Shown piece by piece: positions 1 through 8,485 of a stretch of 45,169 nucleotides of DNA. The position numbers and the translations under genes are program-made. Source of the stretch: Verrucomicrobiota bacterium (lineage in GTDB: Bacteria > Verrucomicrobiota > Verrucomicrobiia > Opitutales > Seribacteraceae); the NCBI GenBank assembly GCA_027622665.1, contig JAQBYT010000035.1, positions 1 through 45,169 of the forward strand, in the 5' to 3' direction. Below the pieces are notes generated by a model, which saw only the letters and a program-made list of their open reading frames with translations, was not told where the DNA came from and searched no databases. Numbering within the stretch: position 1 is the first letter of the stretch; every line of letters starts with the position of its first letter.

Positions 1-834
1 GTCCGCGGCGAGACGCGATCGGGAGATGGTCGAGTTAATATCGGAACGAACCTGCGGGGCGAGCATGGAGAAGGTTACCGAATCGGCAGCGATCCCGGCG
101 TCGAGGTCGGACAATACGTCCGCGGCGAGGCGTGAACGAGTGATGGTGGCGTTGAGGTCTGCAAGAACCTCCGCCGGTAGCATGGAACGGGTAATGACAA
201 TAGAACGGTTGAGATCGTTCAGAACATCTGCGGAAAGCATGCCTCGGGTGATCTCGACCGTCCTGTTGAGATCACTACGCAAGGCGGTAGACAACATGTC
301 TCGAGTGATGCTTCCGGTCTGGATGGCGGCGTTCTGCTGCGGGATGGCGACGGAGGCGTTAAGATCGGCGAGAATTTCGGCGGCGAGCATTGAACGGGTA
401 ATGGCGCCAGGCTCGACAGCCTTGGCGAGGTTTGCCAGATTTGCCATGTCGGCGGAGAGGGCGTGGGGAACGGAGGTGATACCATGATCGGGGAGCATAT
501 GGAGCCATTCCTGCGTCTCGGCACTGTAGAACCGAACCTGCAAGTAGAGCTCAGGTTGTTCGAGGAAGAGTTTGGCCGAAAGCGGATTCATGCCCTGCCC
601 GCCGAGGAGGACAACATAGTGACCACGGTCGACGGGAACACTGATCGAGGCATTGGCTTCGGCACCATTGCGCCAGTGAACCGTACCCTCGGAATCCCGG
701 AGTTCGAAAATGAACTGAGCGGTGCCGTTGAAGTTAGCACCATTTAAGGCTATCTTTCCAGCGTAGGGAACTGGTGCGGCAGTAGTGCACACGAGTGAGA
801 AAAAGAAATAGCAAATGACAGGTAGAATTCTCAT
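1..834 (-). CDS. Secreted fibre-like repeat surface protein (N-terminal part; runs off the window edge)
   Basis: Not in the ORF track. Manual translation from ATG at 834 gives MRILPVICYFFFSLVCTTAAPVPYAGKIALNGANFNGTAQFIFELRD...ITSVPHALSAD, then about 7 repeats of ITRxMLxxxVLxDLNx(S/T). Open for 278 codons to position 1, with a signal-peptide-like N-terminus. Confidence 0.85.
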   Translation of the reverse strand, partial: MRILPVICYFFFSLVCTTAAPVPYAGKIALNGANFNGTAQFIFELRDSEGTVHWRNGAEANASISVPVDRGHYVVLLGGQGMNPLSAKLFLEQPELYLQVRFYSAETQEWLHMLPDHGITSVPHALSADMANLANLAKAVEPGAITRSMLAAEILADLNASVAIPQQNAAIQTGSITRDMLSTALRSDLNRTVEITRGMLSADVLNDLNRSIVITRSMLPAEVLADLNATITRSRLAADVLSDLDAGIAADSVTFSMLAPQVRSDINSTISRSRLAAD

Positions 835-976
835 AAAATATTGCTCGGAAATGTTCAGATAAACAATAAACAGCATAATAAAATCATAATATATTAATCA
901 AGCGGGAAAGCACAATATGCCGGTCAGATATGGAACGCCATTAAAACCATTGGAGCTTTTCCCTGACTCAAGACAT

Positions 977-2540
977 TCAATGCTTAGTCGACCTTCTTTG
1001 CTGCGTGAACGGGGCCAAGGCGTCGATGAGCCCGGCTCCGTAATGGATATCGCGACCTTTGTCGCCTAAATCGGTTGCGGTTTCCTCAAGGAGTTCCTTT
1101 ACCTCCCATGGGTTCAGTGCCGGATTGGCCGAGAGGACGAGTGCGGCTACCCCAACGCCATGTGGCCCCGAAAAAGAGTTGCCGGCGGGACCCACTACAA
1201 GAGAAGCTCCCACCTCTGGGCTGATTTCATTCCAGCCTCGAGCCTTGGTAAAGCGATTCGGTGGATGGGTCCACATCGGGTATCCGGTAGGAAAGGCGGT
1301 GAGATCCGGCTTGGAAAGAGGTTTGTCCTTGGGGTAATCCGAGAAGAAGGCGACCTTATCCCAGTAACAGGAACCGTGACTGCTGAACGCGACGGGCGAT
1401 CGATCCTTGGCCACTCCCGCCATCGCAATCACGCAAGGAATGTCCTTTGGCAGGCCGATTTGCTTGCCTTTGGGCATTGCTCGGCGGGATTTCGGTCCAT
1501 AGTTGCCCGCACCACCGACTGCCAAGACGCCGGCGGCGGAAAGATGCTCGAAGGCATTTCGGTAAAGGCCGCCCAGTTGACCGAGTTCGCGCCACGATAA
1601 TGAAGCTCATGGAAACGAGGTCGGCGCCATGGAGAACTAGGTACTCCAAGGCCCGCAAATCGGATGATCCCTTGATCAGCATGAGCTCGGCCTGTGGTGC
1701 GATTCCCGTTTGCCAACCACTTTTGGCAGAGATTCGACCAGCAATGATGCCGGCGTACGAAATACCATGTGACATGGTTACTCCAAGTTCGAGTACATAT
1801 CCCGTTCCGGAGTTGAAATCGTAGCCAAAGACGTCATCGACCAAGCCGTTATCATCGTCGTCCTCGCCGTTGAGGGTTTCATTTGGGTTTTTCCAAAGGG
1901 CAGTGGCCAAGGATGGGGTCGGTAAAATGCCCGAGTCGATCACCGCCACGGTCACGCCCGGCCCGAATGCGCCTTCCTGCCGCCAGACTTCGGTCGCCTT
2001 GATCGCCTTAACATTCCATGGAATCCTGGCGTTTTTTTGCGGGTTCTCGGCGGGCTTCTCCTCCCGTAACTTGAGAAGAGCCTTCATGGCGGTCATGCGA
2101 GAAGGCTTTGTCGGACGCGCCAATCGATCGAGGTAGACAAAGGATACCGCGTTATGCTCCGCAAATCGGCGTATAGCCTCGGGTTTAGCGACACAGGAAA
2201 ACCCATTGACGATCCAAAACCGACTCGATCCTCGAATCGAACCGGCCTTTTCCAGTTCCACCACCAAGCCCTTGATCTTTTCCCACGAATCGTCCGCCTT
2301 CTTCCGCAACAAGGCGAAGGTTTCTTTGCGGTTTGTCGATCGAGGAACATCCGATTTCGCTTTGCAGAAGGTCTCGTGGTCGCCCGCCTTGCGAAACAAC
2401 TGATCGTCCATACGGACGAAGACGGGACGAAAAGAATCGCCCGTCATAGGGATCGCATCGTCGATCTTCGCTCCCAACAGGAAGTGCGAAGCAAAAGCCA
2501 CTCCCAAAAAAGAGAGAGTGGGAAGGAAGCGAGTCATCAA
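977..2540 (-). pseudogene. S8 (subtilisin-family) serine peptidase, frameshifted
   Basis: Signal peptide and prodomain, VAVIDSG (Asp), SHGISYAGIIAG (His), GGAGN (oxyanion Asn) and GNSFSGPHGVGVAAL (Ser) are split between ORFs 1356..2540 and 977..1525. Frame change near 1590; probable second frameshift near 1012. Confidence 0.8.
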
Positions 2541-2567
2541 CGGAGGAGTGGCTCCCCTGAAGGAATT

Positions 2568-3027
2568 TTATTCGGCCAAATACTTCTTCACTTTCGCCTC
2601 AAGCCCTGAGCGTGCGCTTTGGTCTACCAAATTGCCCTTCTTGTCCACCAACCACATGGCGGGAATACTCCGAATGCCATGTTCTTGAGCCAACGTATTG
2701 CCCCAGCTCCTTGAAAATGGAGACTTTCTTCTCCTTGACGCTGGTCTTGCCGGCAACGAAAGCCAGCATCGAGTAGGGAATGGGTTCTTCCGGATAATCC
2801 TTTATGAGCAGACGCCCCACCCTTTCCACTTCCTTTAGCCCCTCCTTGGGATCTTTTTGCATGGCGGCGCGTGCGCCTGCGTCCAATTGCTTGAAGACTT
2901 CTTGGCATTCAGGTTTGGCGGCCTCCGCTTGCTTGTCCTTAGCTTTCTTTTTCCCGACCGCAAGGTGAGCAACGGATCCGGTAAAAATGATGGCTCCAAG
3001 CAAGAACCCAAATAACGTTGCGGTCAC
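2568..3027 (-). pseudogene. TlpA/thioredoxin-like membrane-anchored protein remnant with internal deletion
   Basis: A hydrophobic N-terminus and helical region join out of frame at about 2705 to a typical TlpA C-terminus, WGNTLAQEHGIRSIPAMWLVDKKGNLVDQSARSGLEAKVKKYLAE. No CxxC is present. Confidence 0.65.
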
Positions 3028-3097
3028 GCTTCGCTTGACGCGACCGCGGCAAGCGAAGCGTGCACCGATTGGTTGTGTCTCCCTTGTTTCCTTTGGC

Positions 3098-3880
3098 TCA
3101 ATCAAGACCTGCCGTTCTTTCCAATGTGAATTGCCCGTGGAGAGAGGTGGAGCGAGACTTGAATGTGCCCTTGACCGTCGTAGAGGAAGTGACCTTGCCG
3201 GTGAAGTTCCCATTCACCTTCGGCGCGACGGCGCCGGAGACTTTAAAGACATCGCCATCGAATTCTGGTGGCCCGAACTGGGACCCTGGCAATTGGAGTA
3301 TGTTCTTTCCTTGAAGCCGACGAAGCGGGAATGGTCCCGCTTCGATGGGCTTGTTCAGCCGATTGATGTACGCCTCACCAAAGGTGTCCTTTAGGACACT
3401 CTCCTCGTTCCCTTTGTCGATCGTTACCTTGAACGCATAGCGACCTTCGCGAAGCAGTGCCTGCTTTGTCACTTTCTTAAGCTCCGACACTGCCTTGGTT
3501 CTGACATATGATTCAACTCCATCTCCCCACCCGAGCATTGAAGTGACCTCGGAGAAGGCAATTGTCAGGTTCGTTTTGGCAATTGAATAGGCAACGGAAA
3601 CCGGTAGCATTTGGGGGAGTTGGATCACGACCTTGGTGTCTGTCTCTTTGTAGACACCCTCGATCCCCGGTACGGGGATCGTGCCTTCGACGAGGCCCAA
3701 TGAAAACGATTTGTCCGGCCGAAACGTCAATATCCACGTTTGGACGTTCGGGCGAGTGGTGCCTTCGGGGGGACGAGAGCCCGTCCATTCCCCACAGATC
3801 GACGTAGGAGACGCCGCGATGGTTGAGTAGGCAAGAAGGGCTGTGCAAAGGAAACTGACGTATGCGGTTATCTTTTTCAT
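3098..3880 (-). CDS. Secreted hypothetical protein (beta-rich)
   Basis: ORF with signal peptide MKKITAYVSFLCTALLAYSTIA, followed by a lipocalin-like start ICGEWTG. Likely start is ATG 3880. Confidence 0.7.
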   Translation of the reverse strand: MKKITAYVSFLCTALLAYSTIAASPTSICGEWTGSRPPEGTTRPNVQTWILTFRPDKSFSLGLVEGTIPVPGIEGVYKETDTKVVIQLPQMLPVSVAYSIAKTNLTIAFSEVTSMLGWGDGVESYVRTKAVSELKKVTKQALLREGRYAFKVTIDKGNEESVLKDTFGEAYINRLNKPIEAGPFPLRRLQGKNILQLPGSQFGPPEFDGDVFKVSGAVAPKVNGNFTGKVTSSTTVKGTFKSRSTSLHGQFTLERTAGLD

Positions 3881-4046
3881 TCTTTTATCTCCTGACACAA
3901 CAAGTTAGCTATTACTTTCATCCGACAAACATCAGCCTCCTTCCGAGGACAATTCCTGCCCAAATACAGGAGGTTCACTAATTTAACAAAAGCGAATGAA
4001 GGATTGGAAACGATCCTCGCACCCCATGGGAACTAGCCTACGACGT

Positions 4047-6050
4047 CTAAACCTTGAGACCGGCAAGAGCAGCCTTCTTGACCACGTTCTCGACGGAGAT
4101 GCCCAGCTCCTTCATGACCGTATCGCCGGGAGCGGAAATGCCGAATCGGTCAATGCCGACCACTACGCCGTCAAGACCAACGTACTTTCGCCAGAGGTCG
4201 CTGACGCCGGCCTCGACTGCCATCCGGTTGCGAGATTTCCGAGGTAGGACGGATTGCTTGTAATCGTCGTCCTGTCGGTCAAAGCGTTCCATGCATGGCA
4301 TGGAGATAACGCGAACGGTTTCACCCAGTTCGGTGGCGGCGGAAAGAGCGACGGAAAGTTCACTTCCGGAAGCAAGGATGATGAGTTCGAGATCACCTTT
4401 TTCGCGACGGGCGACATAGCCACCGCGCAAAACACCGGCCCGACGCTCGGCAACGGGGATCTCGTTGAGATTGGGTACGCTTTGGCGAGTAAGGAGGAGG
4501 CCGGTGGGACCATCCGTACGCTCGACGGCCGCGACAAAGGCTCCGGCCGTTTCCTCGGGATCGGCGGGACGAATAACGTCGAGGTTGGGTATGATCCGCA
4601 ACCCACTGACGGTCTCGACCGGTTGGTGAGTCGGACCATCCTCGCCGACACCGACTGAATCGTGCGTCCAAATGTGAAAGACGGGCAAACCCACGAGCGC
4701 GGACAAGCGAACGGATCCGCGCATGTAGTCCGCAAATACCGCGAAGGTGGCACCGGAAGGCCGAAAGACGCCATAATATCCGATTCCGTTTACGATCGCA
4801 CCCATCGCATGTTCGCGAATTCCGAACAGGAGATTGCGACCGGCATGGTTGTCGCGAGAAAAATCACCTTGCTCCTTGAGGTAGTTCTTGGTCGAACCGT
4901 GAAGATCGGCCGACCCACTGACTAGCAATGGCAGGGCTTTGGCCAAATCGTTGATGATTTGAGAACCGGCCGCCCGGGTGGCCAGCTTGGCATCCTCCGG
5001 AAACACTTGCACTTGATCCATCAAATCGGCTGGCAACTCGCGAGTGAGGCCACTTTGCAGAAGAGCTGCTTTTTCGGGATTGGCGGACTGCCAAGCGGAA
5101 AAGGTTTGATCCCAAGCTCGACGACGAGCGATTTGCCTTTCCTTATGCTCGGCAAAATATGCCCGAACCTCGTCCGACACGAAGAAAGTTTCCTCGGGCA
5201 AACCCAATCCTCGCCGAGCGGACTCGGCAAACTTGGCCCCACCCTCCCCGTGTCCGGCCGCGGTTCCCTCGACTTCGGGAATTCCTTTGCCGATAACGGT
5301 CTTGATCTCGATGAAGGTGGGCTTTCCATTCGTATTTGCACGAGCACGAGCAAGGGCATCGGCAATCGCTTGCATGTCATGCCCGTCTTCCAAGCGCTCG
5401 ACCTCAAAACCATAAGCAGCGAAACGATCCAGCACACTTTCGCTCTGAGTTACAGAAGCCATCGCGTCCAAGGTGACGTCGTTTGAATCGTAAAGCAGGA
5501 TGAAGTTGTCGAGCCCAAGGTGCGCGGCCAAGGAAGCGGACTCAGCGGATACGCCTTCCTGCAGGCAACCATCCCCCGCTAAACACACCACTTGATGATT
5601 AATGATTTTGTGCTCGGACGTATTGAAGTGGGCGGCGGCCATCTTGCCGGCAATGGCCATCCCTACGGCATTACCCACCCCTTGCCCCAGGGGGCCGGTG
5701 GTAGATTCGACACCCGGAGTTTCGCCAAATTCCGGATGTCCCGGCGTCTTACTGTGCAATTGGCGGAAGTTCTTGATTTCCTCTAGAGAAAGATCGAATC
5801 CGGCCAAGTGAAGCCAACTGTAGAGGAACATGCTTCCGTGACCGGCTGAAAGCACAAAGCGATCGCGATTAAGCCATGCCGCATCGGATGGATCCACCTG
5901 GAGATCGTGCCCGAAAAGAACGGCTCCGGCTTCCGCAGCTCCTAAAGGCAAACCGAGGTGACCTGAACTGCATGCGTGAATCGCATCTATGGAAAGACCG
6001 CGAGCCTGTGAGGCGGCTTGCTTGAGAATATCTAATGGAAGAATGTTCAT
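4047..6050 (-). CDS. tkt: Transketolase
   Basis: [44 protein letters not shown] (TPP motif), [16 protein letters not shown]; 667 aa. Confidence 0.97.
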   Translation of the reverse strand: MNILPLDILKQAASQARGLSIDAIHACSSGHLGLPLGAAEAGAVLFGHDLQVDPSDAAWLNRDRFVLSAGHGSMFLYSWLHLAGFDLSLEEIKNFRQLHSKTPGHPEFGETPGVESTTGPLGQGVGNAVGMAIAGKMAAAHFNTSEHKIINHQVVCLAGDGCLQEGVSAESASLAAHLGLDNFILLYDSNDVTLDAMASVTQSESVLDRFAAYGFEVERLEDGHDMQAIADALARARANTNGKPTFIEIKTVIGKGIPEVEGTAAGHGEGGAKFAESARRGLGLPEETFFVSDEVRAYFAEHKERQIARRRAWDQTFSAWQSANPEKAALLQSGLTRELPADLMDQVQVFPEDAKLATRAAGSQIINDLAKALPLLVSGSADLHGSTKNYLKEQGDFSRDNHAGRNLLFGIREHAMGAIVNGIGYYGVFRPSGATFAVFADYMRGSVRLSALVGLPVFHIWTHDSVGVGEDGPTHQPVETVSGLRIIPNLDVIRPADPEETAGAFVAAVERTDGPTGLLLTRQSVPNLNEIPVAERRAGVLRGGYVARREKGDLELIILASGSELSVALSAATELGETVRVISMPCMERFDRQDDDYKQSVLPRKSRNRMAVEAGVSDLWRKYVGLDGVVVGIDRFGISAPGDTVMKELGISVENVVKKAALAGLKV

Positions 6051-6134
6051 GAAGGGTGAGGGAATAAAACGCCAAATACAAAAATGGCGAGCCTTAGATT
6101 CTGAGAGTAGCGAACAGTCTCGCTAAAAAGTGGT

Positions 6135-7349
6135 CTACTTGCTGAAAATCACGTCTTTGGCCGTAAGCTCGACTTCATTCTCGCCGGGATTGACCTGGAC
6201 TTCTTTCGACCAAATGGTGACGACGTCGGTCTCCAAGTCCTTGTCTATGCCAATGAGAAAATACTTCTCATCCGGGGAAAGGCCTGCCACGGCAGCTTTA
6301 CCATAGGGATCGGTCCGGGTTCTTCGCACCTTGGCCTCGAGGAGAATTGATTTAACACCCAAGGCAATTTCGGGATAGGCGGCTTTATCCTTTTCAGCAC
6401 GGCCCCACAGATCGATGAGAGTGGAAACCTCACCGGCAACCACATCTTGCAGTTTGAGCTGACTCAACAATTCGTTGACGTTCCTGGTTGTTATGTAAAA
6501 TTCCGAAGCTTGTGCGGGACGAACGCCTCCGTTTGGCAAATCGACATTCGCACTCAATTTAAGGATGGAACCCAAGGGAGACTCCGAACGGCCTTTAGGT
6601 TTAAAACCGAGGCTGGAGAGTGTGTGTGCGACCGGAGAGGAAAGGTTCTTGCCGGAACGGAAGGCACTGCCTCGCAGATCGGGCAGCACGGGTCCCATCG
6701 GTGGCTCGGGAACCAAAACATCCGAAAGCTTACGGGGAGGAACGGCTTGGACTAGACGATTAACCTCCACGGGTTTAGCCGAAAGCTTTTCCAATAGGTT
6801 TGCCAACTCTTCCGCCTGCTTGTGCAAGGTAACGTCATCTTTATCGAGAAAGGCAGCCAATTGATCGTCTCCGGGACGGGGAACCTTTGGGCTAACTGTC
6901 CCAAGAAGTTGCTGTTCTATCTTCCGCACACGCTTCGCAAGCTCTGAACTCGAAGATGTCGAGGCAGGTGTAGCAGATGGAGTTTTCTTGATGCTTTCCA
7001 AATCAACGATTCCGAAAACCTTTGGCAATTTCCGAGGAACTTTTCCCGCGAGTAAGGGGTTTCGTTGTAATAAGCGGAGAGAAAGAAAGGAAGGATCTCC
7101 CGCATCAATGCGTGCGAAAGGATCAAAACGAACCGGGAACAACAAAGGAGGACGAAAGGAGCGCTGACGATAGTCCCGAATGGTGGGCCCGTCCAAATCA
7201 TCCAATCGTAAAGGCCATTCAAGGGCGGAACCATTTGAAAACTCGCCCATTGAATGTTGGGCAGCGACCAAGTTCTTGGACAATAACAAGGCACCGACCA
7301 AACAAAAGAAAAAGGTAAATGGGTAAACCTTAATTAGGAGGATAGGCAT
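6135..7349 (-). CDS. Secreted or membrane-anchored hypothetical protein with a C-terminal beta-sandwich (carboxypeptidase-regulatory-like) domain
   Basis: 404 aa ORF, hydrophobic N-terminus, Pro-rich middle, C-terminal TRTDPYGKAAVAGLSP...WSKEVQVNPGENEVEL. Confidence 0.65.
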   Translation of the reverse strand: MPILLIKVYPFTFFFCLVGALLLSKNLVAAQHSMGEFSNGSALEWPLRLDDLDGPTIRDYRQRSFRPPLLFPVRFDPFARIDAGDPSFLSLRLLQRNPLLAGKVPRKLPKVFGIVDLESIKKTPSATPASTSSSSELAKRVRKIEQQLLGTVSPKVPRPGDDQLAAFLDKDDVTLHKQAEELANLLEKLSAKPVEVNRLVQAVPPRKLSDVLVPEPPMGPVLPDLRGSAFRSGKNLSSPVAHTLSSLGFKPKGRSESPLGSILKLSANVDLPNGGVRPAQASEFYITTRNVNELLSQLKLQDVVAGEVSTLIDLWGRAEKDKAAYPEIALGVKSILLEAKVRRTRTDPYGKAAVAGLSPDEKYFLIGIDKDLETDVVTIWSKEVQVNPGENEVELTAKDVIFSK

Positions 7350-7699
7350 AATTTAAAATAATAAGGGGTAATCTTTTTAGAGATTTTGCAAAGCTTTTCT
7401 TCTTGCCAATAGAAAAAACTTCCGTTTTGGGTAATGAAAATCTCATAAAAATCCAAGTAACGTAAAACTGGCATTAGTTGATCTTACGATTCAGGGAATG
7501 TTGCGGGATTACCCCTGAATCAGCTCAAATCAAATAAATCTCCTTGCTGACTCGCTTATTCGCTCTAGAATAATTATATCATTGTTAAAAAAACAATTCC
7601 CAAAGGCAATGTTTTGCTTTGGGCAAGTAGAAGTTAAACAAATTTCAAAACCGAAATCGCAATAATAGCTCTGAACAAATTTCCGGAAACCAACAAATC
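7350..7699. promoter_or_regulatory. AT-rich divergent promoter region with several inverted repeats
   Basis: Lies between divergent genes. Inverted repeats: GATTCAGGG...CCCTGAATC (7488-7521), ATTGTT-N5-AACAAT (7581-7597), CCCAAAGGCAA...TTGCTTTGGG (7599-7623). Confidence 0.5.
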
Positions 7700-8431
7700 A
7701 TGTCAGAATCACCAACAACTCCTACCCCAATGATAGAGGCAAAGGGTCTCTGCAAGTACTACGGCGACTTCATCGCAGTCGAGGACTTGAACTTTACAAT
7801 AAACGAGGGCGAGATAGTTGCTTTTCTTGGGCCGAATGGAGCTGGAAAGAGCACTACCATGAAAATGCTTACGGGCTTTCTCGCCCCTTCTGCCGGCACA
7901 TCTCGGATTTGCGGTTTGGAAGTCTCGGAAAATCGCGAAGCGGTCGCCAATCGAATTGGTTATCTCCCAGAGAATGGTCCATTGTACGAGGAAATGACTC
8001 CCCTCGGATTACTGAATTTCTTTGGAGATGCCCGCGGCATGGATAAAAACCTTAAGGCAAGTCGAATCGAAAAAGTGATCGACCAATGCGCCCTGCAAAC
8101 CGTCGTCACCAAACCGATCTCTAAATTATCTCGAGGATTTCGCCAGCGAGTAGGCATGGCCAACGTCCTACTACATGAACCTGATGTGCTGATCATGGAC
8201 GAACCGACCGCCGGGCTTGACCCCAACCAAGTGCTAGAGGTCCGAAAGACCATTAAGGGTCTAGGCAAGACGATTTTGCTCTCCACCCACATCCTTCAAG
8301 AAGTTAGGAAAGTGGCGGACCGAATCCTTCTCATCCATCAAGGCAGACTTGTATTTTCGGGCACTCCTGAAGACCTGAGAGAAGAACCTTCGCTCGACGA
8401 TTGGTTCAACCGTGAAACCAAAGCCGCCTGA
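7700..8431 (+). CDS. ABC transporter ATP-binding subunit (GldA-like)
   Basis: Walker A GPNGAGKST, signature LSRGFRQR, Walker B LIMDEP, STH switch. Confidence 0.93.
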   Translation: MSESPTTPTPMIEAKGLCKYYGDFIAVEDLNFTINEGEIVAFLGPNGAGKSTTMKMLTGFLAPSAGTSRICGLEVSENREAVANRIGYLPENGPLYEEMTPLGLLNFFGDARGMDKNLKASRIEKVIDQCALQTVVTKPISKLSRGFRQRVGMANVLLHEPDVLIMDEPTAGLDPNQVLEVRKTIKGLGKTILLSTHILQEVRKVADRILLIHQGRLVFSGTPEDLREEPSLDDWFNRETKAA

Positions 8432-8485
8432 ATCATATCACACCTCTTAAATTCTCTTACCATTTAAAACTTTCAGTTATTTCTT

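Noticed and set aside
26..747. Plus-strand ORFs 26..487 and 463..747, and minus-strand ORF 219..524
   Set aside because: Antisense or off-frame shadows of the real minus-strand gene 1..834. The apparent repeats in 26..487 mirror that gene's repeats.
1575..1600. Programmed frameshift in the S8 gene
   Set aside because: No slippery heptamer or homopolymer at the site. A second frameshift and a deleted neighbour point to decay.
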